A stretch of DNA of 47,716 nt from Anaerolineae bacterium (GTDB taxonomy: Bacteria > Chloroflexota > Anaerolineae > Anaerolineales > UBA11858): positions 1 to 47,716 of the forward strand of contig DUEG01000005.1 of the NCBI GenBank assembly GCA_011176615.1. Reading direction: 5' to 3'. Below are positions 18,038-29,041 of the stretch, one piece after another. A program made the position numbers and the translations under genes. The notes below the pieces were generated by a model. It saw only the letters and a program-made list of their open reading frames with translations, was not told the DNA's origin and did no database searches. Position 1 is the first letter of the stretch, and each line of letters starts with the position of its first letter.

Positions 18038-19303
18038 TTAAGTCTCCTTATAATTTTTAATAACTAAACATGCATTCTGACCGCCTAAACCAAAGGAGTT
18101 ACTTAAGGCGATATCAAGGTGTTTAATTTTTCTATATTTGTTTGGAACATAATCAAGATCACAACTTGGATCGGGGTAGTCATAATTTATCGTAGGAGGA
18201 ATTATATTTTCGTTTATGGCTAATATACATGCGATCGCCTCAAGTGCCCCAGACGCACCCATTGGATGACCTATCATAGATTTTGTTGAACTTATCGGAA
18301 TCTTGTATGCATTCATACCAAATACCGATTTAATTGCTTTTGTTTCCATTTCATCATTTAGTAAGGTTGATGAGCCGTGCGCATTGATATAGTCAACCTG
18401 GTCTGGCGATATCTTGGCATCAAGTAACGCTAGATTCATTGCGCGGATGGGTCCATTTCCGTTTGGATCAGGTGCTGCAATATGATATCCATCTGAAGAA
18501 GAAGAATGACCTAAAATTTCGGCATAGATTTTGGCGCCTCTAGACTTCGCATGCTCGAGGCTTTCAAGAATAAGCACCCCCGATCCTTCAGAAAACACGA
18601 AGCCTTCTCTTTTGCTATCGAAAGGTCTTGATGCTTTTGTAGGGGCATCGTTAAAATGAGTGGGTAATGCTCGCATTGCAGAAAAACCGCCGAAGGAAAA
18701 ATCTTTAATAAGTGCTTCTGTTCCTCCTGCGATAACGATATCAGCGACGTTACGTCTTATGAATTCTGTACCCTCACCAATTGCCTGAGTGCTTGAGGCA
18801 CAAGCGGTTGTAATAGTTACATTAGGACCAAGAAAGCGGAATGTCTTTGAAATTAGAAAAGCGGATAAATTAGGTAAGCAGCCAGGGATTGTAAAAGGAT
18901 TGACCTTTGATACCCCGCGTTTTCTAAGAGTTTCAATTCCTTCATACGCTAAATCAAATCCTCCCATGCCGGTACCGAATACAACGCCGCATTTATCAGG
19001 ATTTGAATGGTTATTCAGGTAATTTGCGTCTTGAATCGCCAGTTGAGATGCTGCTAACGCAATTTGTGCTGACCGTGGCATGCGACGGGCATCCTTTTTA
19101 TCCATGTAATGGCGAGGATTGAAGTCGGGAATTTCGCCTGCTATTTGGCTCGGGAAGTTAGAAGCATCAAATTGAGTAATTCGTCGAATGCCGGATTTTC
19201 CTGACACTAGACCTTCCCAGTATTCGTGCACTGTGCAGCCAAGCGGAGAAATTAACCCAATGCCAGTGACAACAATACGCTTATTCTTCGAAGAATCAAG
19301 CAT
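18038..19303 (-). CDS. fabF: 3-oxoacyl-ACP synthase II
   Basis: RIVVTGIG, TACASS (catalytic Cys), YINAHGSST, KSMIGH, SNSFGLGG; start placed at ATG 19303 just after the plsX stop. Confidence 0.93.
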   Translation of the reverse strand: MLDSSKNKRIVVTGIGLISPLGCTVHEYWEGLVSGKSGIRRITQFDASNFPSQIAGEIPDFNPRHYMDKKDARRMPRSAQIALAASQLAIQDANYLNNHSNPDKCGVVFGTGMGGFDLAYEGIETLRKRGVSKVNPFTIPGCLPNLSAFLISKTFRFLGPNVTITTACASSTQAIGEGTEFIRRNVADIVIAGGTEALIKDFSFGGFSAMRALPTHFNDAPTKASRPFDSKREGFVFSEGSGVLILESLEHAKSRGAKIYAEILGHSSSSDGYHIAAPDPNGNGPIRAMNLALLDAKISPDQVDYINAHGSSTLLNDEMETKAIKSVFGMNAYKIPISSTKSMIGHPMGASGALEAIACILAINENIIPPTINYDYPDPSCDLDYVPNKYRKIKHLDIALSNSFGLGGQNACLVIKNYKET

Positions 19304-19307
19304 GTAA

Positions 19308-20303
19308 TTATCCAACCAACTTGGTTCTAATGCCATTTTGCAATGATTCCAATAAATTTGCATCGACCGCTTGTCTGGCGATTTTTATGGCATTGAAAAG
19401 CGCATGCGAATCAGACCTACCATGACCAACAAATATTAAACCATCGATACCCAATAATGGCGCAGCACCAACTTCACCCGGGTCCATTATTTTTTTTACA
19501 TTGGCGAATGCTGGTTTTGTTAATAGGGCTCCTAATGAGACCAGCAAATTACTTGTTAGTTCTTTACGAATAATATCGATCAACAACTTTGCGACCGCTT
19601 CACTTGTTTTCAAAAGCACATTTCCCGTAAATCCATCAGTGATTGCAACATCAACGCGCCCCTCAAAAAGTTCTTTTGGCTCAATGTTCCCAACAAAATT
19701 GATTTTAGAATTCTTTAATAGTGGGTAAGTTTTGAGTATCAGAGCGTTACCCTTGCCGGATTCTTCACCATTGGATAGTAAACCTACTCGAGGATTATTT
19801 ATACTCAAAACACTTTTTGAATATATTGAGCCCATAATCGCAAATTGAAGCAGGTATTCAGGTTTACAATCAGCATTAGCGCCAATATCCAGAACGACTG
19901 TATGTCCACCACTTACAGGGAAAAGGGTAGTTAAAGCAGGACGTTTTACGCCTTTTATTCTCCCAAGCCGAAATAGAGCATTTGTCATTGCACCACCAGT
20001 ATTTCCAGCAGTCACAAATGCATCGGCTTCACCTGTTTTAATTAAATCCATTCCAATAGCCATTGAGTTTTGTGCTTTTTTCCTTGCGGCACGAGAAGGT
20101 TTATCGGTCATTTCTAGCACTTCTGGAGCATGGATGACATGAACTTTATTGAACCCTATTTGATTTTCTAGCAATGGATTTATGACATCCTTTTGCCCAA
20201 CCAAAAAGATATCGTCGCCAAATTTTTCTACCGCCCTTAAAGTTGCTTGAATTTCTGGGATTGGGTGTGAATCACTTCCCATTGCATCTAAAACAATCCG
20301 CAT
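19308..20303 (-). CDS. plsX: Phosphate acyltransferase
   Basis: IVLDAMGSD, AGNTGG, GVKRPAL, LDIGANAD, GEESGKGN, DGFTGNVLLK, HGRS. Confidence 0.96.
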   Translation of the reverse strand: MRIVLDAMGSDSHPIPEIQATLRAVEKFGDDIFLVGQKDVINPLLENQIGFNKVHVIHAPEVLEMTDKPSRAARKKAQNSMAIGMDLIKTGEADAFVTAGNTGGAMTNALFRLGRIKGVKRPALTTLFPVSGGHTVVLDIGANADCKPEYLLQFAIMGSIYSKSVLSINNPRVGLLSNGEESGKGNALILKTYPLLKNSKINFVGNIEPKELFEGRVDVAITDGFTGNVLLKTSEAVAKLLIDIIRKELTSNLLVSLGALLTKPAFANVKKIMDPGEVGAAPLLGIDGLIFVGHGRSDSHALFNAIKIARQAVDANLLESLQNGIRTKLVG

Positions 20304-20342
20304 CTAAAGGTCTCCTTTCAAGGATTACAAAAGCAAATTTGC

Positions 20343-20370
20343 TTGACAGACATCATTTGACGATTATAAT
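20343..20370 (+). promoter_or_regulatory. Consensus sigma70 promoter of tRNA-Leu
   Basis: TTGACA-16 bp-TATAAT, 12 bp before the tRNA. Confidence 0.85.
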
Positions 20371-20382
20371 ACGAAAGAGTTT

Positions 20383-20465
20383 GCGCTGGTGCTGGAACTG
20401 GCAGACAGGCATGGTTGAGGGCCATGTGCCCCTAGGGCGTGCGGGTTCGACCCCCGCCCAGCGCA
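20383..20465 (+). tRNA. tRNA-Leu (anticodon GAG), CCA not encoded
   Basis: Acceptor GCGCTGG/CCAGCGC, anticodon arm CATGG-TTGAGGG-CCATG, long variable arm, GCGGG-TTCGACC-CCCGC, discriminator A. Confidence 0.96.
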
Positions 20466-20472
20466 CAAAATA

Positions 20473-20496
20473 GCCACCAATTTGGTGGCGTTTTTT
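20473..20496 (+). terminator. Intrinsic terminator after tRNA-Leu
   Basis: GCCACCAA-T-TTGGTGGC followed by GTTTTTT. Confidence 0.85.
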
Positions 20497-20512
20497 GTTG
20501 ATTTTGAAATAA

Positions 20513-21259
20513 TTAATGATGGAGTATTTGTGAAAGAAAAAGTTTTGTCCTTTCTTCTTTCGGATTTGTAAAAAGTTCAGCAGGTGTTGTTTGCTCTACT
20601 ATCAATCCTTCATCAATGAATATGATTTCATCGGCTGCAGAACGTGCAAAACCCATTTCATGGGATACACAAACCATTGTCATCCCTTCGCGTGCTAAGT
20701 CTAGCATGACATCCAAAACTTCTTTGATCATTTCAGGATCGAGAGCGCTTGTGGGCTCATCAAAAAGCATAATTTTAGGATTCATTGCCAGGGCTCTCGC
20801 AATAGCAACCCTTTGTTGTTGCCCACCTGACAATTGACCGGGATAAACATCTGCTTTTTCGGGAATACCAACTCTTCGCAATTGTTTCAATGCTATTTCC
20901 TTGGCTTCTTCAGAGCTGCGACGCCTTACAACTTTTTGGGCAAGCGTAATATTTTCGAGTGCTGTCAAATGAGGAAATAAATTAAACAATTGAAAAACCA
21001 TTCCGATTTCTGCTCGAATTTCGTTTAGGTGTTTTTGATCGTTAGTCAATAGTTCACCATCTATCCAAATTTCGCCTTTAGTGGGAATCTCCAGATAATT
21101 TATGCATCTTAGTAGAGTTGATTTTCCAGAACCACTGGGCCCTATGATAACGACAACTTTTCCACGTTGAATGTTAATATTTACTCCATTCAATGCTTTG
21201 ACGTGTCCAAAATGCTTATGTAAGTTTTTTATTTCAATAATGTTATCAGGTGCGTTCAT
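20513..21259 (-). CDS. Polar amino-acid ABC transporter ATP-binding protein (GlnQ-like)
   Basis: [47 protein letters not shown]; start moved to ATG 21259. Confidence 0.95.
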   Translation of the reverse strand: MNAPDNIIEIKNLHKHFGHVKALNGVNINIQRGKVVVIIGPSGSGKSTLLRCINYLEIPTKGEIWIDGELLTNDQKHLNEIRAEIGMVFQLFNLFPHLTALENITLAQKVVRRRSSEEAKEIALKQLRRVGIPEKADVYPGQLSGGQQQRVAIARALAMNPKIMLFDEPTSALDPEMIKEVLDVMLDLAREGMTMVCVSHEMGFARSAADEIIFIDEGLIVEQTTPAELFTNPKEERTKLFLSQILHH

Positions 21260-22127
21260 TTTTACGTAGTCGCTTTTCAATATAACGAACAAGCATTGAG
21301 AGTGCAAGTGTCATTATTAAATAGAGTACTGTTAGTGTAACATAAGCCTCACGAAATCTAAAAGATCTTCCGGCATAGAGCCTTGCCACTTGAGTTATAT
21401 CACGAACAGCCAGAACAGACACAAGGGAAGAATCCTTTACCATTGCAACAAAATCATTCCCTAAAGCGGGCAATACATTTCTAATTGCCTGAGGAAGGAT
21501 TACAAACTGCATCGCTTGTTTATAAGACATTCCTAACGAACGAGATGCTTCCATTTGACCTTTGCCAATAGACTGGATACCTGCCCTAAATATTTCTGCT
21601 AAGAATGCACCATATGTAACAGCAAGAGCAATGATTGCACGGACATTCATCGCGATGGCTTGATTATGTAGATTTGTTAAAAATTTACCCGTACTTGTTA
21701 AACCTAAACTTAAAAGAAGAACACCGATTTTATTAAGAAAATCTACGGCAATTGGAACCCCGACAAAAGCAATAAAAAAAATAAGAACAAGCATTGGAAT
21801 GCCGCGTATTAACTCAATATACAGGGTAGCCAAGTTGTTAATGACTACATTCCTTGAAATTCGACCTAGACCCGCGAAAAGCCCTAAAATGGTAGCGATT
21901 ACATACGCGGTAAGCGATGTAACGATTGTAAACTTTATCCCAACAATGATAAAGAGAAAAGCCTCGCGATAATTTTCTTTTGAAAATATAAAAAAGGATG
22001 CCCAAATAGCGATGAGAATAAGCCCAACAAACCACCATGGAAATTCTCCGAGTTTGTTTTCGCTAATTGTAATTTCGGGAATTGATATACTTTCGTCTTT
22101 CAAAGGTATGGATGGTTGATCATCCAT
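21246..22127 (-). CDS. Polar amino-acid ABC transporter permease
   Basis: [43 protein letters not shown]; SD AAGGAG before ATG 22127. Confidence 0.95.
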   Translation of the reverse strand: MDDQPSIPLKDESISIPEITISENKLGEFPWWFVGLILIAIWASFFIFSKENYREAFLFIIVGIKFTIVTSLTAYVIATILGLFAGLGRISRNVVINNLATLYIELIRGIPMLVLIFFIAFVGVPIAVDFLNKIGVLLLSLGLTSTGKFLTNLHNQAIAMNVRAIIALAVTYGAFLAEIFRAGIQSIGKGQMEASRSLGMSYKQAMQFVILPQAIRNVLPALGNDFVAMVKDSSLVSVLAVRDITQVARLYAGRSFRFREAYVTLTVLYLIMTLALSMLVRYIEKRLRKNERT

Positions 22128-22151
22128 TGATTTCTCCTTAATGTGCACAAA

Positions 22152-22177
22152 CCGGTGTGCAAAGAAATACACACCGG
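22152..22177 (-). other. Intercistronic stem-loop between binding-protein and permease genes
   Basis: CCGGTGTG...CACACCGG; typical position for an mRNA-stabilising or attenuating hairpin. Confidence 0.6.
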
Positions 22178-22201
22178 CTTGTCCTAGCCTAAAAATAGAT
22201 A

Positions 22202-23062
22202 TTACTCTCCATCTTCCTCGCCGTAAGCGCCGGGGCCAATGTCATCGTAAGTAAGCGTAAAGTTTGGGCCAAAATATTTAGTATTTAAAGCCATCAAAAA
22301 GCCATCGTTTTTCATCGATGTAATTGCCTTGTTCACAGGCTCTACGAGATCAGAGCCTTTAGGGAATATAAAACCAAGTTGGTCACTAGAGAGCGATGGG
22401 CCGACCAATTTTAATTCCTCAGCATTTTCGCCAACGTAACCCTGACCTGCGACTTCGTCAATGATTACAGCATCTATGTCGCCAGCAATTAACGCCTGTA
22501 CAGCGAAGGGGAATTGCTCAAATGCTTTAATGCGATCTTCTGGCAAGTACTTAATGGCAGTTTCGTAATTTGTTGTCCCTGTTTGAGTGCCTAAAACGAA
22601 ACTTTCATTATTAACAATATCATCAATGCTGTTAATTCTGGTTTCGTCCTTTCGCACAAGCAATCGTTGGTCAATATTTATATAACCGAATGAGAAATCA
22701 ACAACTTTTGCACGTTCATCAGTTATTGTAATGCCGTCTGCTGCTGCATCGAATTGACCATCTGATACGGCTTGAATCATTCCTTCCCATGCTGCTTCTG
22801 TGTATACAGGTGTACAGTGGAGGCGAGTGCAAATTTCGTCCCACGCTTCATAATCCCAACCACCTGGTTTACCCGTATCAAGTTCAATATAATTGAATGG
22901 CAAATAAGCATTTTCGATTGCCACAGTGACCTTTCGACACTGTAAATCTACAAGTGCGTCTTTTGCTGTACCTAGGCATCCTTCAGGCTCTTTCGCAGTG
23001 CAGCCCGATATCATTAAGGCTACTGCGAAAATAAATAATAAAATAAAAATAACTTTTTTCAT
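22202..23062 (-). CDS. Polar amino-acid ABC transporter substrate-binding lipoprotein (SBP family 3)
   Basis: Lipobox [40 protein letters not shown]. Confidence 0.93.
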   Translation of the reverse strand: MKKVIFILLFIFAVALMISGCTAKEPEGCLGTAKDALVDLQCRKVTVAIENAYLPFNYIELDTGKPGGWDYEAWDEICTRLHCTPVYTEAAWEGMIQAVSDGQFDAAADGITITDERAKVVDFSFGYINIDQRLLVRKDETRINSIDDIVNNESFVLGTQTGTTNYETAIKYLPEDRIKAFEQFPFAVQALIAGDIDAVIIDEVAGQGYVGENAEELKLVGPSLSSDQLGFIFPKGSDLVEPVNKAITSMKNDGFLMALNTKYFGPNFTLTYDDIGPGAYGEEDGE

Positions 23063-23240
23063 CTCCTCACTCCTTTTGGTTGATTAATCAGTTATTACGA
23101 ACGGAAAAAACATTATGTTTTACATTTATAGAATAGCCGAAATTATAAAAAATTTCAAGGATTAACCACCTTTTTTATTATTTTTATATAAATAACATGA
23201 ATTTGTTTATTAGATTAATCTTAGGAATAAATATTTCTAT

Positions 23241-23271
23241 AAAAAAAACCCCGAACGAGAAATCGGGGTTT
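23241..23271 (-). terminator. Intrinsic terminator after tRNA-Gln
   Basis: AACCCCGA...TCGGGGTT stem with a U8 tail on the - strand. Confidence 0.85.
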
Positions 23272-23273
23272 GA

Positions 23274-23344
23274 CTGGGGGCAGAGGATTCGAACCTCTAC
23301 TTACGGATTCAGAGTCCGCTGTCCTACCGTTAGACGAGCCCCCA
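23274..23344 (-). tRNA. tRNA-Gln (anticodon CTG), CCA not encoded
   Basis: Reverse complement TGGGGGC...GCGGA-CTCTGAA-TCCGT...AGAGG-TTCGAAT-CCTCT-GCCCCCA-G; U1-A72 pair typical of bacterial tRNA-Gln. Confidence 0.96.
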
Positions 23345-23356
23345 AGAATGATTTGA

Positions 23357-23385
23357 ATTTTATCAGAGGATTATTCTAACGTCAA
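23357..23385 (-). promoter_or_regulatory. sigma70 promoter of tRNA-Gln
   Basis: TTGACG-17 bp-TAAAAT on the - strand, with TG extension. Confidence 0.8.
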
Positions 23386-23493
23386 ACATGGGAAGCAAAA
23401 ATGAATCAAAACGAATGATAACTTAATGACTATAGAATATGCTAAAATGTTGTCTATAAAAACTGGTAGATAATTGGTATTGGAGTTTAATTA

Positions 23494-25179
23494 ATGAGTT
23501 CTGCTGAAGAAACAAAACCTAAAGACTTTATCCGCGAAATAATTGAGGAAGATATTAAAAACAACACTTATGGAGGACGTGTTCACACGCGTTTCCCACC
23601 AGAACCAAATGGATATCTACATATTGGACATGCAAAATCAATACTTTTGAATTTTGGTTTAGCAGAGGAATATAACGGTTTATTTAATTTGAGATTCGAC
23701 GATACTAATCCTAGCAAGGAAGAAGTTGAGTATGTAGAATCGATTAAAAGAGATATCCAGTGGTTAGGTGTTGATTGGGATGATCGAGAATATTATGCTT
23801 CTGATTATTTTGAACAATTATATGAATACGCGGTTCAACTGATAAAAACTGGGAAAGCCTATGTTGATGATTTAAGTGCAGATGAAATCCGAGAATATAG
23901 GGGTACATTAACGAAACCTGGGAGGAATAGTCCATATCGAGATCGAGCGATAGAAGAAAATTTATCTTTGTTCAAACGGATGAGAAAAGGTGAATTTCCA
24001 GATGGGTCAAGAGTGTTAAGGGCAAAAATTGATATGACATCTCCGAATATCATAATGCGCGATCCTGTAATGTATCGTATACAACATCAAAAGCATCATC
24101 GCACGGGGGATAAATGGTGTATTTATCCGATGTATGACTTTGCCCATGGTCAATGTGACTCAATTGAAAGGATTACCCATTCAATTTGTACGCTTGAATT
24201 TGAAAATAATCGATCATTATACAATTGGTTTTTAGAAAATCTTGGAATATTTCATCCCAAACAGATAGAATTTGCTCGATTAAATTTAAGTTATACAATC
24301 TTGAGTAAAAGAAAATTAATTGAATTAGTGAATGGAGGATTTGTTAGCGGATGGGATGACCCGAGAATGCCAACAATTTCTGGGCTGCGTAGACGCGGAT
24401 TTACGCCGCAGGCAATAAGAGCGTTTAATCAAGCAATTGGTGTCGCAAAAAACGAAAATCTAGTTGATGTAGCACTTCTTGAACATTATATTAGAAAGGA
24501 TTTAAATAAAATAACACCGCGAAGAATGGTTGTTCTCAACCCACTAAAAGTAGTGATAACGAATTATCCAGAAGATAAATATGAAATGCTGGAGGCAATT
24601 AATAACCCTGAAGACCCGAGTATGGGCGTGAGAGAAGTGCCATTTTCAAGAGAACTATACATTGAAAAAGATGATTTTATGGAAAATCCCACAAAGAAAT
24701 ATTTTCGTCTAGCTCCTGGAAAAGAAGTGAGATTACGTTATGGTTATATCATTAAGTACCAAGATCATATCAAAAATGATGATGGGGAAATCGTCGAAAT
24801 TCAATGTACTTACGATCCCTTAACTAAAGGTGGATATGCGCCGGATGGGCGAAAGGTGAGAGGAACTATCCATTGGGTATCAGCAAATCACGCAATAAAT
24901 GCAGAGATTCGATTGTATGACCGTTTGTTTACAAAAGAAAATCCAATGGACCTTAAGGAGGGAGAGGATTATTTGGACTATTTGAATCCAGAATCTTTAT
25001 TAACCTTGAAGGATTCTAAATTAGAACCATCTTTGTCTAAGTCCAAGGTGGAGGATCGATATCAATTCGAACGTTTAGGGTATTTTATAGTTGACCCTGA
25101 TTCCTCAAATGAGAATCTGGTATTCAACAGAACGATCACATTAAGGGATACATGGGCAAAAATTAAAAGAAAAAAATAA
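23494..25179 (+). CDS. glnS: Glutamine--tRNA ligase
   Basis: [64 protein letters not shown]. Confidence 0.97.
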   Translation: MSSAEETKPKDFIREIIEEDIKNNTYGGRVHTRFPPEPNGYLHIGHAKSILLNFGLAEEYNGLFNLRFDDTNPSKEEVEYVESIKRDIQWLGVDWDDREYYASDYFEQLYEYAVQLIKTGKAYVDDLSADEIREYRGTLTKPGRNSPYRDRAIEENLSLFKRMRKGEFPDGSRVLRAKIDMTSPNIIMRDPVMYRIQHQKHHRTGDKWCIYPMYDFAHGQCDSIERITHSICTLEFENNRSLYNWFLENLGIFHPKQIEFARLNLSYTILSKRKLIELVNGGFVSGWDDPRMPTISGLRRRGFTPQAIRAFNQAIGVAKNENLVDVALLEHYIRKDLNKITPRRMVVLNPLKVVITNYPEDKYEMLEAINNPEDPSMGVREVPFSRELYIEKDDFMENPTKKYFRLAPGKEVRLRYGYIIKYQDHIKNDDGEIVEIQCTYDPLTKGGYAPDGRKVRGTIHWVSANHAINAEIRLYDRLFTKENPMDLKEGEDYLDYLNPESLLTLKDSKLEPSLSKSKVEDRYQFERLGYFIVDPDSSNENLVFNRTITLRDTWAKIKRKK

Positions 25180-25207
25180 TACTTTAGACTATTTGAAGCA
25201 TTATTGC

Positions 25208-26716
25208 CTAAGATTGATTAGGTTGACCCTCAATTGATTTAAGTAAATCTATTGCGATAGTAATTCTATTTAATACTGTTTCTTTACCAATAATTTCCAT
25301 GCTTTCAAGAAGAGGAGGGCTAACTTTTTGCCCTGTGATAGCAACCCTCAAAATGCCAAACAATTGACCTGCTTTAAGTCCGAGTTTCTCTGCTAATTGT
25401 CTAAGAGGTTGCTCTAGCGAACTTGGAGAAAATTCAGTTAAATCTGATAATAACTTGTATGATTCATGTGCTGCGATAATAGATTCGTCAATAGTCAAAT
25501 GCTTACCAATAAGATCATTAGGATTTGGATTCACATGATCAGCAAAAAAGAAGCCTGAAATTTCAGGTGCTTCATTGAGTGTGTGAAGGCGCACTTGAAT
25601 TAATGGAATAACCTTATCTAACACACTATCGTCAATCGAATAGCCTGCTTTTAGATAGAATGGTTTTAAACGTTTTGCTAATTCGCTTTTACTAAGAGCA
25701 CGGATATGCAACCCATCAAAATAGTCTAATTTTTTAAAATCAATGGCTGCAGGCGAAGGATTTAATTTATCAATAGAAAAATTATTTACAAGATCATTAA
25801 GAGTAAAGAATTCAGTCTTATCGTCGAAACTCCATCCCATTAAAACGATCCAATTAATAACACCTTCAGGGATATAACCCATTTTGCGAATATCTTTGAT
25901 AAATATCGAGTTGCCCTTTAGTCTCATCTGTTGCGCAAATCGTTTGCTCATTTTTCCCTTACCTGTTGGGTTAAGAAAAACGGATAAGTGTATCCAAACA
26001 GGTTCTTCCCAGCCAAATGCTCTGTAAATATGGGCGTGAAACGGGAAAGTTGATAACCATTCTTCGCCTCGAAATACGTGGGTGATTCCCATAAGGTGGT
26101 CATCAACCATCGCTGCTAAATGGTATAGGGCTAAGCCATCAGATTTTACAATAATGAAATCATCCAATTGTTTATTATTTACTGTAATATCACCTCGTAG
26201 GTAATCATGAACGGTAATTGATCCGGTTAAAGGGGTTTTAAATCTGATAACATGCGATTCGCCATTCGCGACACGTTTTGCAGCTTCCAATGGAGGAATA
26301 TCTCGACATTTGCGATCATATTTTGGGTTTACCTTTCGCTTTTGTTGTTCCTTACGTAATTCATTAAGCCTGTTTTGTGTGCAAAAGCATGGATATGCAT
26401 AGCCCATATCTATTAATTTCTGAGCGTATGATTGATAAATATCTTTACGTTCAGATTGTCTGTAGGGCGCATATGGCCCACCAATATCAGGCCCTTCATC
26501 CCAATTTAAGCCAAGCCACTTTAGACTTGAAATCAAATCGATTTCTGATTCGGGATTGTATCTTTTACGGTCAGTATCTTCGATTCGTAAAATAAATTGT
26601 CCATTTGTTTGGTGGGCTAAAAGGTAATTGTAGAGGGCTGTACGGGCGCTACCCAAATGCGTCATTCCTGTTGGGGATGGCGCAAAACGAACTCTGGCTG
26701 GTTTTTGTTTTGTCAT
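25208..26716 (-). CDS. gltX: Glutamate--tRNA ligase
   Basis: RVRFAPSPTG.THLG, LRIEDTD, YRQSER, VDDHLMGITHV.RGEEW, KMSKR. Confidence 0.97.
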   Translation of the reverse strand: MTKQKPARVRFAPSPTGMTHLGSARTALYNYLLAHQTNGQFILRIEDTDRKRYNPESEIDLISSLKWLGLNWDEGPDIGGPYAPYRQSERKDIYQSYAQKLIDMGYAYPCFCTQNRLNELRKEQQKRKVNPKYDRKCRDIPPLEAAKRVANGESHVIRFKTPLTGSITVHDYLRGDITVNNKQLDDFIIVKSDGLALYHLAAMVDDHLMGITHVFRGEEWLSTFPFHAHIYRAFGWEEPVWIHLSVFLNPTGKGKMSKRFAQQMRLKGNSIFIKDIRKMGYIPEGVINWIVLMGWSFDDKTEFFTLNDLVNNFSIDKLNPSPAAIDFKKLDYFDGLHIRALSKSELAKRLKPFYLKAGYSIDDSVLDKVIPLIQVRLHTLNEAPEISGFFFADHVNPNPNDLIGKHLTIDESIIAAHESYKLLSDLTEFSPSSLEQPLRQLAEKLGLKAGQLFGILRVAITGQKVSPPLLESMEIIGKETVLNRITIAIDLLKSIEGQPNQS

Positions 26717-26778
26717 ATAATTTATCGTTGTTGTTTTATTGTAAGTGATTTGATTAGGTTATTACCAAAAAAATAATA

Positions 26779-27921
26779 TTAAAATTCAAGGGATTTTTGT
26801 CTGAGAGCAACACTTTCTACAATCCCAATACCTAAAAGATTTGATAGTAAGGAACTCCCGCCATAACTAATAAACGGTAGTGTAAGTCCTGTAACTGGCA
26901 ATAAATTAAGGTTCATACCAATGTTTACAATTGCTTGAAACGCTATTAAGGTTGCTACACCATAAGAAAGCAACGCTCCAAATGTATCGCTAGAGATTCT
27001 CGCAACGTGGATACACCGTAGAATAACGAATAATAATAAAGCGATAACAATTACTGTGCCAACGAAACCAAATTCCTCGGACAGCGCTGAAAAAATAAAA
27101 TCTGAATGTCTTACTTTTAGGAAGCGCAATTGAACTTGTGAACCACTTCCATAACCTTTGCCAAACCAACCTCCAGATCCAATTGAAACAAGTGCTTGCT
27201 GAACGTTGTATATTGCACCATGTGTGGCATTTGGGTTAGGGAAAAAGAAATTTATAATCCTTTCAACCTGGTATGGTTTTATTAAACCAGATTCTTGATT
27301 GGGGTCATAATTGGTTAATAAGTATAGCAATCCTAAACCACCGCCGAAAACTCCAATCCCACTCGCGATAAGTAAGTGTTTGATTTGTAAACCCGCGATC
27401 CATATCATAGCAAACCAAATTGCGAAAATAACGATTGACGTGCTTAAATCAGGTTGTAATAAAATCCAGATCGCTAAACCAAAAACAATTATTAGACTTT
27501 TTAACAACCATTTAATATCATGTGCTTCTCCTTGAGAATGAGCAAAATAATCGCTAAGCACAATAATAACAACAATTTTTGACAATTCCGAGGGTTGAAT
27601 GAGAATAGGACCAAGACGAAACCATCTAGCAGAGCCGAACAAGGAATCCCCAAATAATATCAATATTACTAGAAGTAAAATTATACCAACGTATAAAAAC
27701 TTGCTAATTGCCGAGAGCAATCGGTAATCAATTGCAGCCATTAACATCAAGACAAATAATCCTGCAATACCAAAAATTATCTGTTTTTGCACAGTGTTTT
27801 GATTAATTAATTCGATATTGCCTGCAATAGCAGAGCGAATCATCGTTATGCCGAAAATTGTCAAAACAATAACGGTTCCCAAAAGCCAAAAATCAAAATA
27901 TCTCCACGAGATAGAACGCAT
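26779..27921 (-). CDS. rodA: SEDS-family peptidoglycan glycosyltransferase RodA
   Basis: IQPSELSK, QPDL, IGSGG..GKG, HSDFIFS...EEFGF, TGLTLPFISYGGSS; in the mre/mrdA cluster. Confidence 0.92.
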   Translation of the reverse strand: MRSISWRYFDFWLLGTVIVLTIFGITMIRSAIAGNIELINQNTVQKQIIFGIAGLFVLMLMAAIDYRLLSAISKFLYVGIILLLVILILFGDSLFGSARWFRLGPILIQPSELSKIVVIIVLSDYFAHSQGEAHDIKWLLKSLIIVFGLAIWILLQPDLSTSIVIFAIWFAMIWIAGLQIKHLLIASGIGVFGGGLGLLYLLTNYDPNQESGLIKPYQVERIINFFFPNPNATHGAIYNVQQALVSIGSGGWFGKGYGSGSQVQLRFLKVRHSDFIFSALSEEFGFVGTVIVIALLLFVILRCIHVARISSDTFGALLSYGVATLIAFQAIVNIGMNLNLLPVTGLTLPFISYGGSSLLSNLLGIGIVESVALRQKSLEF

Positions 27922-27934
27922 TTCTAGATTACAC

Positions 27935-28201
27935 CTATCTAAGTTTTCTTTTAGATTGCTTTAAGGGGATGTCTGCAATTAATCTTTGTTGACGTCCTGT
28001 GCTGTTCATCTCGATCTTAACTGAAGAAGGGTCAATGTCAATATGCCGGGAGATTGTCGCAATCAAATCATCTTTTAGTAATTCAAGCATATTATTGGTG
28101 AAGTTTGTGCGATCATGAATAAGTACCATTTGTAAACGTTCTTTGGCGACTTTACCACTACGCGGATTATTTTTGAATAGTCGAGAAATTAAATTTGTCA
28201 T
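27935..28201 (-). CDS. minE: Cell division topological specificity factor
   Basis: S..VAKERLQMVLIHDR; overlaps the minD stop. Confidence 0.92.
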   Translation of the reverse strand: MTNLISRLFKNNPRSGKVAKERLQMVLIHDRTNFTNNMLELLKDDLIATISRHIDIDPSSVKIEMNSTGRQQRLIADIPLKQSKRKLR

Positions 28202-29007
28202 TTTTCACCCCTAGAGGATCGAATAAAACTCGTTATTCTTGTAAAAAGGTTGCCATTCGATTCTAAGTTGGCAAAAGGAATATCCTCACCATAAATACGA
28301 TGGGCAATGTTGCGAATGGAGCGACCAGCAAGGCTTTTTTCATCTAAGGATATTGGGAATCCCTTGTTTGTGCTGACGATAACCTTTTCATCCTCAGGAA
28401 CAATCCCTATTAATTCAATAGCAAGTAATTCTACGATGTCTTCTATGGCGATCATTTCTCCGCGTCGGATCATTGCAGGATTTATTCTGTTAATAATTAA
28501 TTTTGCTGGTCCTTTCTCTTCTGCTTCAATTATTCCAATTATTCTATCCGCATCTCTTATTGCTGAAATTTCCGGATTAGTTACGACGATTACTATATCA
28601 GCGGGTGCAATGGCGTTTCTAAATCCTCGCTCAATGCCTGCAGGAGAATCGATAAATATCCAATCAGCAAGTTCTCTTAACTCATTGCAAAGTCGAATCA
28701 TATCCGTTGGGGAGATAGCAGATTTATCTCGAGTCTGTGCAGCTGGTATTAGAAAAAGGTCTGGATTTCTTTTATCTTTTATCATGGCTTGTCTAAGCCT
28801 ACATCTTCCTTCAACTACATCGACTAGATCATAAACGATTCGATTTTCCAAACCCAAGACAACGTCTAAATTTCGCAATCCAATATCAGCATCAATACAA
28901 ACAACTTTTTGTCCAATTGAAGCAATGGCAGTTCCTAAGTTTGCGGTAATTGTTGTTTTACCAACGCCTCCTTTACCTGATGTAATCGTAATAACTTTCG
29001 CGGTCAT
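28198..29007 (-). CDS. minD: Septum site-determining ATPase
   Basis: TSGKGGVGKTT, DIGLRNLD...GLENRIVYD, DSPAGIERGF, RDADRIIG; C-terminal amphipathic helix. Confidence 0.97.
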   Translation of the reverse strand: MTAKVITITSGKGGVGKTTITANLGTAIASIGQKVVCIDADIGLRNLDVVLGLENRIVYDLVDVVEGRCRLRQAMIKDKRNPDLFLIPAAQTRDKSAISPTDMIRLCNELRELADWIFIDSPAGIERGFRNAIAPADIVIVVTNPEISAIRDADRIIGIIEAEEKGPAKLIINRINPAMIRRGEMIAIEDIVELLAIELIGIVPEDEKVIVSTNKGFPISLDEKSLAGRSIRNIAHRIYGEDIPFANLESNGNLFTRITSFIRSSRGEK

Positions 29008-29041
29008 ATATATTCCTTAGATATTTTTATTTAAGAATTAC

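Noticed and set aside
19303-19363. Long plsX/fabF overlap or frameshift
   Set aside because: Resolved by the downstream ATG at 19303; the ABC gene overlaps are likewise resolved by starts at 21259 and 22127.
20243-20473. 76-aa ORF, and the 60-aa ORF at 23197-23379
   Set aside because: Both overlap tRNA genes and their promoters.
20383-23344. Genomic island between the two tRNA genes
   Set aside because: No duplicated tRNA 3' end, no integrase and no visible compositional shift.
28307-28834. Long antisense ORFs (also 35808-36320 and the other short shadow ORFs)
   Set aside because: They lie opposite or out of frame within well-conserved genes and show no motifs or ribosome binding sites.
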